Source: Phoronis australis
Lineage: Eukaryota; Animalia; Phoronida
Assembly (NCBI GenBank): GCA_002633005.1
Contig: NMRA01000079.1
Span: 386,102-450,101 of the forward strand
DNA: 64,000 nt
Reading direction: 5' to 3'
Shown here: piece after piece, positions 12,201 to 24,300 of the stretch
Layout of the letters: each line of letters starts with the position of its first letter
Position numbering within the stretch: the stretch's first letter is position 1
Program-made: the position numbers and the translations under genes
The notes under the pieces: model-generated
What the model was told of the DNA's origin: nothing
Seen by the model: only the letters and a program-made list of their open reading frames with translations
Database searches by the model: none

Positions 12201-12627
12201 TGATGATAAGGTTATAATTTATTTTTTATAATCCCTCAGTGTGTGACTGGAAATAGCCATTCTGCCTATTTTATGTTATTGTAGATGTTTGAGAGTGCCT
12301 GTTGATTGATAGTTAGGCCAGTTTTGTAAGTATCTCGTCTATGTCCTATACAGACTTGTATTCAATACAAGTGATATCGTGCAAATTCTCAAATTCTGTA
12401 TATGGTTGTTTCCCTACCAGGGCCTTGTCAAAGAGGGATTACGCACAGCACACGGTGCCTATCACCACGTATACGAGCGGCATGGTCTTGGCTTCCAGAC
12501 ACCCGAAGGTTACATGGAGAACAGCACCTACCGGTCACTAGGTTACATGAGACCGCTGTCCATTTGGGCGATCCAGGTGGCGCTGGAGAGATACCAGCCC
12601 AAGTTGATGAGCAGTTCAGAGGAGTAG
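100..12627 (+). CDS. GBA2: Non-lysosomal glucosylceramidase (GH116), 3' portion; join(100-266,1245-1349,2855-3111,4269-4375,5287-5429 or 6301-6443,7438-7547,10928-11119,12421-12627); 5' exons lie upstream of the window
   Basis: Exons with AG/GT boundaries splice in consistent phase. They give GBA2 motifs [35 protein letters not shown] (nucleophile Glu region), [23 protein letters not shown] (acid/base Asp region), [30 protein letters not shown] and [13 protein letters not shown]. Confidence 0.95.
985..1238. repeat. 22-bp minisatellite (caatacccatctcctgattggt), ~11 copies, running into a GBA2 acceptor
   Basis: Directly visible tandem units with period 22. Confidence 0.92.
1245..1349 (+). CDS. 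GBA2: GBA2 internal exon ([35 protein letters not shown])
   Basis: ttacag| acceptor and |gtaggt donor; phase 1 on both sides. Confidence 0.92.
2855..3111 (+). CDS. GBA2: GBA2 internal exon (AAISAED...VPHDIGDP...YSLVK)
   Basis: Pyrimidine tract plus gtag| acceptor, |gtaaag donor; conserved motifs. Confidence 0.9.
3444..3630 (+). pseudogene. Degraded THAP zinc-finger coding relic, probably transposon-derived
   Basis: Reads [16 protein letters not shown], then after a frameshift [26 protein letters not shown]. This fits the THAP pattern CxVxGC...FHxFP...W, with the Trp position read as TGA. Confidence 0.65.
4269..4375 (+). CDS. GBA2: GBA2 internal exon ([35 protein letters not shown]), not in the ORF track
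   Basis: cttag| acceptor and |gtgagg donor; contains DQTYDAW catalytic motif. Confidence 0.92.
5287..5429 (+). CDS. GBA2: GBA2 internal exon ([12 protein letters not shown]...KLWNG), copy 1
   Basis: tttcag| acceptor and |gtttgt donor; 143 nt. Confidence 0.88.
6301..6443 (+). CDS. GBA2: GBA2 internal exon (SAYCGSLW...KLWNG), copy 2, probably the other allele
   Basis: Same protein as 5287-5429, with one synonymous change seen (ACC/ACT); lies in the duplicated block after the N at 6182. Confidence 0.75.
7438..7547 (+). CDS. GBA2: GBA2 internal exon (GQYYNYDSS...[22 protein letters not shown])
   Basis: ttgcag| acceptor and |gtgagt donor. Confidence 0.92.
8044..9692. mobile_element. Non-autonomous Tc1/mariner (Tc2-like) element, ~1.65 kb, with TA target site; right part repeated at 9958-~10797
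   Basis: TA|CTGTACTCGTCCGGGTTACCGC ... GCGGTAACCCGGACAAGTACGG|TA, plus the subterminal repeat gggggtgggcggtaagccgagcatgggcggt near both ends. Confidence 0.75.
8861..11061. repeat. Tandem ~1.1 kb near-identical duplication (8861-9956 and 9958-11061) joined by one N
   Basis: Both copies start tcgagccccccattttgaagg and end in the GBA2 exon at agtagcataca. Confidence 0.92.
9823..9956 (+). other. GBA2: Truncated duplicate of the GBA2 exon [11 protein letters not shown]...DISSI, cut by the N at 9957
   Basis: Identical to the start of 10928-11119 and ends at a single-N join. Confidence 0.8.
10928..11119 (+). CDS. GBA2: GBA2 penultimate coding exon ([11 protein letters not shown]...[20 protein letters not shown])
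   Basis: tttacag| acceptor and |gtattc donor; 192 nt, phase 0 on both sides. Confidence 0.9.
11266..11546. repeat. 107-bp tandem repeat, ~2.6 copies
   Basis: aagcttga(t/g)actcag units start at 11266, 11373 and 11480. Confidence 0.9.
12421..12627 (+). CDS. GBA2: GBA2 last coding exon ([12 protein letters not shown]...[16 protein letters not shown]...SSEE*)
   Basis: ctaccag| acceptor; conserved C-terminal motif; TAG stop. Confidence 0.93.
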   Translation, partial: GLVKEGLRTAHGAYHHVYERHGLGFQTPEGYMENSTYRSLGYMRPLSIWAIQVALERYQPKLMSSSEE

Positions 12628-14638
12628 ACTTGTGTGCTCGTGTTCATAACGCGTACAATTACGTATGTGAATTATAAATCTGTCTGTGATTATGCAGATC
12701 AGATTTCTAAGCAGATGCAGTTCCAGGGGATTCCAGGGGGTCTGGTTCACTGGCTTGAACACTTTTGTATTGCTGCAATGGGGGACTGTTAATTACCCCC
12801 CTATATCTGTCCAGTGTCAGACCTCCTCTGTTCATGACTCTGGAGCCGTTCCTGGTAAGTTGAATACTACTCGCATTTATAGTAATTTATTCATATCCAC
12901 ATTGTCATGGGATGTTTTTCTCCCCCTGGTGGTAATATCAGAATGTTACAGCAGTAATTTATGCTAGAGTACTTGGTGTTAGTTTTCTTGACTTTTGTTT
13001 TGAATTCTTTCTCAGCTTTCTTTCTAAGCTGATCAATTGGCTTTTCTACTGTTTTTGTTGAATTTTTAGAGTTTCATCTGGCTTTAGGTTTTAATTCTTT
13101 GTCATGATGTTGGCAAAACAAAAACATTTTGACTAGAGTTTGCCATTGGTTTTAAAAGCTGATTAACACATGTATTGTGCAAGTGAAGTTGTATTCTGCT
13201 CAATCAGTCAGTGAGTGTTATTGTAGAGAGTCAGTCTATCTTAACCTGTGTGGGATGATGTGCAGCATTAAACATGCTAAGTCATTAAATAACAAATATG
13301 ATAATTATCATGCTATTTTGGCAATTATTTTTGTTTGAAATTGGTGCTTTTTAAATCTGTTCCGGGAATTTCCGAAATAGGCCCATGGGCGGATATTTGG
13401 AAAACGACCTCTCAAAAATGTTAAATGAAACCAAATATATTACCCGGTGTATTTTCGAGACCACACAACGAGATGGTGTTAATTTAGGAAGGATGCATTA
13501 TACGGTAGATTGAGATGAGTGCAAGTGCATTCTGTTAACAGGAAACTGATTTTGTTGTTTGTTGGGTGCTGTTTTGTGAAAACTGCTCCCTTTTTGGCGC
13601 AAATCGTATTAATATCAGTTCAAACTGTTGGGGTGTTTCGTAAAGAGAACACTAGGATTAACGGATTGTATGACACGATTTGTTGATGGAAATTTGTTTC
13701 AATTGTTGAGTTATAACTTGTTGAGTTATAACTGGTTGAGTTATAACTGGGATCAATCAGTAGGAGATTTTAAAAAATCTCCTACTGATTGTTAGGTACT
13801 AGAACTACAGTTCTGTGGCGATTTTTGTCGACGATTCTCTCACACAAATCCGGTGTTTTCAATCTTCCTACATAAATTTCAATGGCATTGTTTTTTATTT
13901 GAGCATTGAAGGTATAGGTGACTGACATTCTAAGGAAACATTTTCAGCTGATGTCTACTCGGGTACTAAAGTTTTGTCTATTATTTTTTGGTCCTGTACA
14001 TAGTATATTCACGTTGTTGACTGTAATTTATTTCTTCATGCTAAATGTAATCCATCTGATCAATAGTCAGTGCAGCCGTGGACTTTGTAACAGAACGGAA
14101 TAGAAAATTAAGTCAAACATCAAACTACAAATTTGTGAGATCATGTTTTCGTTTTGTTGAACATTTTGGGTTTCGAGAGGTTAACTGGTCGTTGTAGTGG
14201 CTTAGAATTTTGCAGATGGTTGTAAGTTATGGATGTCATTCGTGGACAATGGGCCTTTTGAAATTAACATACAAAGTGAATGAAAGGAGTTCTTTGTGAA
14301 CCCTGTCCCAGTTGGTTTGTGTAACTAAACACAGCTTAACAAAGGGTTTATAGTTCTGGCTGAGAAGATAATTGTTTTATTGCCTGTGGATTACAGAATA
14401 GCCAAGCTCCTGATGAATTTCATCTGTCCTGTTCCATAATGCAGATGCAAGTGACAATTGATGCAGCGCTTGTCTACTTAAAACTTTATGAACTTAAACT
14501 TAATGACATATTTTGTGTTCAAGATGATATGATCAGTGCTGGTACTAACAAGTTTGTGATCAGCATTTCACTTTTAGTGTATTAGTGTCATCTGGAAAAA
14601 CAATGACATCACGTGTCACCAACAGTTAAGACTGTAAT

Positions 14639-14876
14639 CAGGGTTTGGAATGACCAATGATAAAAAAAGAGGTGATGTATTGTTCCTCAAATAAATAGGC
14701 TTGCGTGAAAAATATTTTTCGCATTGTAAAATTTAATTGAAATGAACGTTTTTGCATGAATAAACTCAAAATAATGGTAAAAAAAAGACGCAAAAAGAGG
14801 AAACTGGAAATCAAATAAGAGGAAATCTAAGCCAATAAGAAGAAATCCTCTTAAAAGAGGAAAATTCCAAGCCCGG
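14639..14876. mobile_element. Short hAT-like MITE
   Basis: cagggtttggaat ... attccaagcccgg with tgtaat on both flanks; same terminus family as cagggcttggaattttcc at 16690. Confidence 0.5.
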
Positions 14877-16689
14877 TGTAATGAGCTAAGTCACAAGTTA
14901 TGATACGTTTATGATTGTGTAGGTTAAGACTTGATCCTTTTTGTTTTGACCGTTGGTGATGTGATGAATTTGTTTTTTCACCATCAGATTAAAATTAAAA
15001 CTTTGATCATGAAATCGTTTATATTTGCATTCATACTCAAGATTGCTGCTGGTTTTGTGGCACATAACTGGGCTGCATTCCGTAGACTCAAGAATCTCGT
15101 TAGTAGAGCTAGTGTGGTCATGTGCTGCGCTTGCAATGTGTGGCAATATCTCACGTGGTCTCGCTTTTTCTCCAAGTTCTCGCGTCTACACAATGCTGCC
15201 ATGGTGTTTTTAATTAAAACCTATTAACTTGTTGGTTAAGAAGTCCAATCGGTTTCCGTGATTGAATTAAGTAATTTTAAGTTTCCATTTTGTCATTGAA
15301 TAGATTTTAAAAACAAGAGATTGCAAAAAGTGAATCTTTTAAAAACTCGTCGTACACTAGATTATCATGCTCAGCTTAATCCCGTCTACTTTGCCGAGAA
15401 TCGTTGACTGATGAATGAACTTGTCACTGATCACCGATGATAAGTTTGAAAATTGAAATGTTCCTTGCGACTTATGTTATACATTTCTACATCTTGTGTG
15501 CATCAGAATTCTCTGCATCAGCATGTGGGTAGTGGTACTACAGTTTTGTTGGTAGTTGTTGAGGAATTGTTTGAGGGAGTGTATCTGTTCACATTAACCA
15601 CCAGACGTCTGTTTCATGGAAAGAACTTAAAGACTAACGACAGAAATTCAGTGTTATGTTTCCACTTTACAATTGGTGAAAAAGGTTTACTCACGTTATT
15701 ATGAGTGGATCACAGTCTAGGAATGATGTAAAGAATTACCTTAGTAACTAGTAGTTACGAATACATTCTCAGCGACTTTGCACGTTTCTGCAGATGAGTT
15801 TTAATTAGTGTGGACCATAAGGCCAAATTTCTGACTTGGGTCATTTTTCATGAAACAAACCACCAGGTCATCTAAAGAGAAAGCAAAAATGTCAAGATGT
15901 GGGCGTAAAGTGGTGTGAAACAGAGTGTTAACATGGACAGATACTACTGATTAGGAGTAACTGAACATGGATAATTTTTCAGATAATTATCTAGCTTCAT
16001 TGCCTTCTTGCCCTCTCAATAGTTTCACATCAATGTTTTGAGTTGCTGTGTAGTGACTTTGTCTGTTGGAATATGAAGTGAAAATCCATGTTGCTTTTAG
16101 TTTATAAATTTACGTTTTTGAATGTTAACCATCTCAAGGCCATGAAAGCCTCTTTATATGGACTTTCTCAGAGCAAATCTACCACGTGTTATTTTGTTTC
16201 ACAGTTTAATGATAAAAAGCGAATAAAATTCATACTGGGTACCACCTGTTTTGAGTTATAATACGTTGCAGCTGACTATAGTTCTATAAAAAAACCGACA
16301 CTTGCTTCATATTGAAAATAAGCAAAAGTTTGGAACAAAAACTTATTGAATTGATATTCTTCTTAATTTCTTTTCTTCGAAATTCATGCCATGGTTTTTA
16401 TCACACTTGATGACTTTTACTTTTTTAACAAGTTTTTTTTTTGAAATTTTTGTATGTCAGTTTCTTTATACATGCATTAAGGCTTGTTGTTTTGAGATGA
16501 TCCGCAGCCAGTGATATGTTGTGTGAACACAGCAGCCATTTTGTTGTAATAGGTTATTACAACAAACTTCTCACTGCTTCAGTTCAAAGTCGGTAAACAA
16601 TTCTGGCTTTCTTTGAATGTCAAGTAGATGCTCTCTTGTGCTTTTATAAATGACGTGGCACAATATCTGTTTTCATTGACTATCAAAAT

Positions 16690-16960
16690 CAGGGCTTGGA
16701 ATTTTCCGCGGAAACGCGGATTTCCGCTTTTTTCAAATGTGCTTTCCGCTTTTTTATATTTCCGCGTAAAAAAATCGGATTTGATATGAAATTTCCACGG
16801 CAAATTCCTTTCTTACCGCAGCGTTGCAGACGACGTTCACCTCGAAAAGCGGAAGTTGCTCTTTATGTTTCGGAGGAACGTAAATTGTCAACATTGCCGG
16901 GGCATCTGGGACAGCGTGGTGGGATTTTCAATGGCGTCTCGTGTTATTGTTAAGCGCGGT
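16690..16960. mobile_element. Left end of a hAT-like element running into the gap
   Basis: CAGGGCTTGGAA terminus followed by repeated ttccgc subterminal motifs. Confidence 0.5.
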
Positions 16961-17659
16961 NNNNNNNNNNNNNNNNNNNNNNNNNNNNNNNNNNNNNNNN
17001 NNNNNNNNNNNNNNNNNNNNNNNNNNNNNNNNNNNNNNNNNNNNNNNNNNNNNNNNNNNNNNNNNNNNNNNNNNNNNNNNNNNNNNNNNNNNNNNNNNNN
17101 NNNNNNNNNNNNNNNNNNNNNNNNNNNNNNNNNNNNNNNNNNNNNNNNNNNNNNNNNNNNNNNNNNNNNNNNNNNNNNNNNNNNNNNNNNNNNNNNNNNN
17201 NNNNNNNNNNNNNNNNNNNNNNNNNNNNNNNNNNNNNNNNNNNNNNNNNNNNNNNNNNNNNNNNNNNNNNNNNNNNNNNNNNNNNNNNNNNNNNNNNNNN
17301 NNNNNNNNNNNNNNNNNNNNNNNNNNNNNNNNNNNNNNNNNNNNNNNNNNNNNNNNNNNNNNNNNNNNNNNNNNNNNNNNNNNNNNNNNNNNNNNNNNNN
17401 NNNNNNNNNNNNNNNNNNNNNNNNNNNNNNNNNNNNNNNNNNNNNNNNNNNNNNNNNNNNNNNNNNNNNNNNNNNNNNNNNNNNNNNNNNNNNNNNNNNN
17501 NNNNNNNNNNNNNNNNNNNNNNNNNNNNNNNNNNNNNNNNNNNNNNNNNNNNNNNNNNNNNNNNNNNNNNNNNNNNNNNNNNNNNNNNNNNNNNNNNNNN
17601 NNNNNNNNNNNNNNNNNNNNNNNNNNNNNNNNNNNNNNNNNNNNNNNNNNNNNNNNNNN

Positions 17660-17871
17660 TTTCTTGGATAATACTTCAGGAATCAAGGAAAATGCTTGAT
17701 TTTTAGAGGTAAAAACAGAAAAATTTCCTGGGCGGGAGGGGGGGCAAACCCCCCTCCCGACCTCCTCCCATTCGGTGCTATGCGCATCTACATTCGTGGT
17801 TCAGTTTGCGCAAATGCTTCCAAGCGGACAAAATGTTGGGCCCCCCTTGTGATATCCTAGATCCGCCACTG
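17660..17871. mobile_element. Right end of a hAT-like MITE emerging from the gap
   Basis: Ends cctagatccgccactg (reverse complement CAGTGGCGGATCTAGG) after G/C-run subterminal motifs. Confidence 0.55.
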
Positions 17872-18067
17872 CAATATTCCAATTCCAAAATGTCTTAGCC
17901 ACCTTACTAACATTCCTGTTAATTCCCCTTCATTCTCAAGTCGTGAGGGGAGACAACTCTAACAATGAATTACGCACAGCCATCACGACGGGAATTCTGG
18001 ATCATTTTGTCTGAAAATTTTTGGCTTCTATCAGGTAGACCCCGCTATTCAGATAAAATGTAAGTGC

Positions 18068-18073
18068 TTTATT
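18068..18073 (-). terminator. Candidate polyadenylation signal (AATAAA) for MRPS36
   Basis: Minus-strand AATAAA ~250 nt downstream of the stop codon. Confidence 0.45.
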
Positions 18074-18318
18074 CTGTATCGTCAAAACCAATATGGTCTA
18101 CACAATTTACACAGATAACACCACACAATAATCACTCCGCTGTAACAGTCTTTGACACTAGCCAGTAACAACTAAATGACTTCAATTACAATAGCTGAGT
18201 TACTTTGTATGCAGTTTACAAGAACGATTCAATATCATGGCAACGTAGTGAGCATTTCACACATGTTGTTTAAGTGTACAATAAATAAGGACTACTATAT
18301 CAATAATATGACACTATC

Positions 18319-18336
18319 TTATGGTGGTCCTCCTCT
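18319..18336 (-). CDS. MRPS36: MRPS36 last coding exon (RGGPP*)
   Basis: tttttctttttcag|AGAGGAGGACCACCATAA. Confidence 0.88.
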   Translation of the reverse strand, partial: RGGPP

Positions 18337-21300
18337 CTGAAAAAGAAAAAATAATCATATTAAAAAAACATGGTTTCTCCAGCGCTTGTGACGAAATCTG
18401 AGGTCGCCAAAACTGAAAATCTCAGGAATCAAAGCTGAGGTTTGCAATCGGGTGTAAAAGAGATTGAGTAAGAAAGGTCAAACAGCCACACATATCCCGT
18501 AAATGCCTGATGAATGGACATAGAACACAAACGACCGCATGGACTGGTGCGAATTTCACCGATCTTGCCAAGCAGGTCGCCAAATCAAGCGCTGTTTCTT
18601 AAAGCGGCTTTAAACCGTTTTCCATCAAAACACTAACTTTTGTAATTGATTTAGGGCACTTAATACAATAAATCTGGCTTAAACTGTTCCTTTCTTGGAT
18701 TAGAGAGGATCACTAGACTTAGGTAAAACCGACAGTTTCTGATTGGTTGAGGTCAGGTTTAATCATTTTGGGCTTAGAGGGTAACTAGTCCCCATACTGG
18801 CATAAATTGTTGTGGATGGAAAATCATAAGTGTAGTTCACACACGAGGCGTTTTGAAATTGACAAGCAACATTAGTGAAAACAGTTCTTTGGGAACTCTG
18901 CTCTTAGTCATACTAATTGGACTGGGTACCTTTAGTTGGCTTATCAAGGGGTTTATCGTTCTGGGTGAGAAGTTAATTGTTTTATTACCCTTGATGGGTG
19001 GCTGAATAGCTGAGCCTAAATATAATCTTGTGCAATGACGAATTGACAGTTCTTCCAGAAATCAAAGATCATCTAACAGAGCAAGGAACAAGTCGAGACC
19101 GATTTCACAGCACAAAAACTTTCGAATCAAAAGTTTCCTTTGGCGGCCACAGTTGGGCTTATAGCTGCTTTAAGACAAAAGGCAACTAGAAATGAATCTA
19201 AGACACCTGAGGAGTGACGCAGAGGGAAAACCCCAAGCAGTAAAGTCGCATATTTCAAAAATAATTTTAAGATTACTGCTTTACACATGACACTGGAATA
19301 TTACACAGCTCAAATACAAACAGAATTTTTTTCAAAATTCACAATAAGAGAGCATTCACATATTACGTCGTATAAAATTCGTTACTGTTTACACCACGTC
19401 ACTCCTGTCACCAGCAGTCATCATGATATAAACCCCCTGTCCAGCCTCTATTTATGACATCACAGCCAACCCCCCATTTAATCAGTGATGGAGTGGGACT
19501 GACATTTTACTGTTCATGTTGTTTGTAAGGTAAGCCAAGTGATGTATGATCAAATCGTGAAAGTGTGAAATGACGGGTCTGAAATTGGTTAATTGCCCCA
19601 GAAGGTGAACCAGTTTCCCAACAATATGTACTGTTGTGGAGGTATTCTAATAAACCGAGTGATGCCATCACCACGAGACTAACCCCTGTCATAAAACATC
19701 CTATTTTCCAAACCCGCTTGAGTGATGTCGTAATATGAGAACACTCCCCAAGCAAACCAATGAGATTCAAAAACGTTTCATGGAAAATAAAGGTTAACCA
19801 ACACTCAGCGATAATATGACGCAAGTGAATAATATAAGCTCTGAATCAAACACCACAAAGCCTAAGAAGAAAGCAGGATTCCAATTAAGTCAGTCTCCTA
19901 GAAGTCAGGAGACAAGATACCCTGAAATTAATCAATGGCAGTCGATTTTTACCTGTAGTTTGGACTTAATTATAAGTTGGGTATTTTAATAAGCAGTGGT
20001 CTTCAGGTTTTGTTTCAGAGCAGATCTTAAATTACATAATACCGGGCTCTTGTTATAAGCTTTATGGTACAATAAAATTCAAGTGGCACGGCTTCAAATG
20101 TTTCACAAATTATGCCAACATCAATTCCATTTACAAAACAGCACGTACCTCGATATATTCAATTTCTATTTGATCTAGAGGGCGCCGCCGATACTTTAAA
20201 GGAAGATCTAAGTCCTCTATGACAGAGCCACGAGGAGTTGAGCCAATAGAGGTCGCACTGGACACAGGTCTTGGTGTCGGACTAGCAGCGGGACCGTGTG
20301 CTGTGAACATGACAAAGAATTAACAGAACATGAAGTCACATGACATACCCAAAGACAGAGCAGCTTAAAACCAATTAAAATATTTCGTTAACTTCTGTTC
20401 TCAGAATGCTCATGCCTCCCTTAATGTGGGAGGCAATTTTAGCAAAAAGCACGCCTCAACTGCAACACCATCTGTGTTTTTTTTATTCAGATTGTACACA
20501 CGTCTTGCAAACAGGCACAATCCTCGCAATAGGACAGTGCCAGATTACAAAGTGCTAGAACTCTGCTTGTACCTGAGGTGAGAAAGCATGTTGTTTTCAT
20601 TGGCCTCGTTCTGAATGTCAGGTACATTGTTACAGGTAACATTGGAAAACATCAAGGTACAAAAATGAGGCAAGAAAAGCGCTTGGCAGATATTGTGGCA
20701 TTGTGGGTAAATACAGTGAGATTGGAGTATCACTATGCAATCTGGTATGGCCCTATTCAGACAGTGGTATAGTTTCACATTTAATGCATGTAGTTACCGA
20801 AAAGAAGACATCTTAAAAGGGCTGTTGAGCAGTGTTACAGTAGCTCAACAGAGGTCAGTAAAATAAGGTATACGGTACCAAATGTCACATCACTGGCAGC
20901 GTCTAATGAGGCTTTCCTGTCCGGAAACTTGATGGATCTTACATGAGGCCTCACAGTCTGGAAAAGAAAGACGAGCACATAACAGAATATCACACGTCAC
21001 TAATTTTCTAGAATAGCACAATTAAGCCACTGAACATCTTTCAGTGCTTAATAAAGATAAACCAATTACATTGACATCCTAAAGAAAGCACTTACTTCAG
21101 TTGATTTAATGGTTGACAACAACTATGGCATGTACATTGGAAAGATGAATAAAGTGCTATCCAGACTTTTCCATTTCTAAAAGTTTGCATAGTTATTCAC
21201 ATTCTCTGTCATTTTGCACACCTCAATTACAGCTATAGATGATCCTAGAAGAATGTCCAAATTTGGTTAACTTTGGAACAATATACCTTACAAACAGCTG

Positions 21301-24300
21301 ATTGGATTCATATGAAACCTTCACATACTCTATGCTTCAGGCAATTCTCTCAAAAACGCTGTTGGGGTTTGTTTAAAGTTCTACTTTTGCATGAGGGTCT
21401 GTCAAAAACAGGATTTTCGTGATTTTCATCAAAGCGAAAAATTAAAGCAAAACGATAGTACAGGAAACAGTAACAGCATGTCTGATGACTAATGTTGGCC
21501 ACTTACACAAAATAAAATTTGATGAGGTTTTCCTTATTGTTGTTTTGCTATCAATGTACTTTTCTTTTTGCTAAATTTTACTACAAGACATGGCTACATG
21601 GCCCAATTAATGGCAGATTAATAAAAAATAAACAATAAAATTCTACAGGCTTTTTGTAATCAAAAATATTTTACTTTTACTCAAGTTAAAATTGTTTTGA
21701 AGCTCTAGAGTTGTGTCCCATATAAACCATCCAATGAGAAGTTTGCACGCCACTTGGCGTTCAAGAAAGAGCGTCTGCTTCCTTCATCCTTGTGTATCAA
21801 AAAACGCAAGTCGGCTTTTTACAGTTCGCATCTTTGGTAAATGAATACTGTTGTTCATATCAGCTCTTACCCTAGATTTTCCACACAATCTTTAGTTTTG
21901 TAGAAATATGGCTAAAACTGCAGACTTGTCAGTAACGTCCTACATAACCTTAAACAGACTCGTTCTTTTATTTTCACCAGTTTACAACACAGAAATAGTT
22001 GCATTACTGCGCCAAGTAAAAACGGATTATGGTCAACGCTGAAGAGAACATTTACTACAGTACACTACAATGACTACACATACCTGCTGTCATCCAGAAA
22101 AAAAGATAGACGGAACAAAATCAAAATTAATAAAGTAATACACAGATTTAATCTTCAAATTCAAACATGACAGAGAATATTTAAAGTTTACATGTTTCAT
22201 AGGTAGCCTAAGACGTTGCCATAAGTTAGAGTGCAAAATCTTATCACGGTTAAAATGTACTTTTGTATTCAGAAATTTGAAAGCTAAAATTCCACTTTAT
22301 TCTACTTCGTTGGGTCCTTCACCTGAAAATTCTTTACACCAACAAAAACAAGCAGGCTTAAGCAAGAGTCAGCAGTCCCCTTACCAGTAACAGGGGTCAG
22401 TGAGGGCATTCTGCTCCAGTCACAGAGGTCAGTGAGGGCATTCTGGTTCAAGTACCATTGACTATAGTCAGTGTCAATCATAATTCTTAGAAAAATAGAA
22501 CAGCACAACAAACATGAACACAAGATGGCGTTGACTTCACAGCAGATCTCATTCTGTGAATTTAAATGTTTTGGGGAAAAATGAACAAGAGCAACAAATG
22601 AAGTTTGTTTACTTTTTCAAATTTTTCAAAGCACAGACAGAAACCACATTCAAAGCAAAATAAGAACGACACTAACGTATGAGAACAATCTGACCACCAA
22701 ACTCATGGTGACAAGGATAAGGACAACATGATTTATAGCCTACAGATTACATTTGCCTTCTATCACAACAAACAACTTTTGATAAACCACTTCCCATTAT
22801 GATGTTGGTCCCAAATTATTCCTGAGTAAGACTGGAGATTATTTCAGGGCTTTAAAAGACGCGACACTTCGTTATTGCTACCAGGTATCAAAAGTTGGCT
22901 TGTCGTAGCGATAACTGTCTCACTCTGTAAAGCCAGAAATCACTTCCCAACCCAGTAAGGAACAGTACAGACCAGTTTAATAGCACTAAAAGGTCTCGAT
23001 CATAAATGTGCTCGTTCGACAGAACATAGTATAGTTAATTGGATAATTATCACATAATTTTGTGAATATCTCAATGTACTTCAGAACATTTTGAACATTA
23101 AAATAATCACATCATTTTTTGGCCAAAGTATGATTAGAAAACGGACAATGATGATTACAGAAAGTAATTTTGACATTGCCTAAGTTCTAAAAATGTCTGT
23201 ATCAAATAGTCACTTTCATCTCTCTGCAAAAGTTGGATGCTAACAGAAACGTATCAAAAATTAGTAGAGAATCTCCGAATATTGTATACAAAATAATGGA
23301 AAAACCCTCGGATAATGCATCAAAGTTAGTGGAGAATTCCTGGATATTGTATAAAAAATTACTGGAGAACTCCCAGGATTGACATTCAGATTGAGATTTA
23401 ACCCTGGTGATATTTGTGAGGAAGAAAACAACAGAAATCCACGAAAAACATCCAAAAAGCACGGCAAAGTAACTCTTATACTTGCCTTTACCATTAAGCA
23501 AGGGTCAGAAAGTGTAGAGACTGTATTTGAAGGCGTATTGGCAGTTGTGTTAATGAGAGAGGATCCTGCCATGAACGTATTTTGTTCAGCAACCACTGAC
23601 TCTTGCTTCATACCAACCGTGGCTACTTCTTGTCGAAAAAGACTTAAGATTTTCTGAAAGATATATATTTTCAAGATTATTTATTTCAAGTGCTATGATC
23701 ATAAATACTACTCAACAAAAAGCTATAGTCTGACCACAAAAGGGGCCCAATCCTATTGCATGCCCAATCTCCAAGCCAAATTTCAAATTCATTAACAGTA
23801 ACTTTTGTCACTGCTGTCATTGACAATGATGCACATAGCTCACCTAATTAACTTTGTTACTTACATTTACTGTGTACATTTGCATCTGTACACCACACCT
23901 GTTCTGAGCCAAGTATCAAGAGTTCAAAATGTAGAAAGCAAAGGATGAAAGAGCAGGTGAGCCCAAGTTTTACACAGTCCCAGAGACATCGCCCCAGGCC
24001 AACAGCAGTGATAATGAAAGGACATCACAACAAAGAAACGAAATAGTTGAGACAGATGTCGACACGATGTGCTTTGTCTCAGTGGTCTCATCATTTTTAT
24101 GTTGTTGTTGGTGGAGGTGTTGGCCCAGGGAAACGGCGCTGGCACGACTTAGGGTTACCTTCACTCTCCACTCACCATGCTGTGAACTCTGGGACTTTCT
24201 TAGCACAGAATAGGCGCAATTATAGTCAATGTAAAAGTAAAAGTAAACTAGGTTTGAAAATTGTCATTCAGTAATAGGGGTATCTGATGTAGACAACAAG

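Noticed and set aside
13755-13790. Perfect hairpin aatcagtaggagatttt/aaaatctcctactgatt as a structured RNA
   Set aside because: It is an isolated short palindrome next to a 15-bp tandem repeat, more typical of a transposon remnant; no RNA family features are visible.
16856-17699. Long ORFs in the ORF track (also 27218-27442 and 62036-62627)
   Set aside because: They are artefacts of reading through N-gaps.
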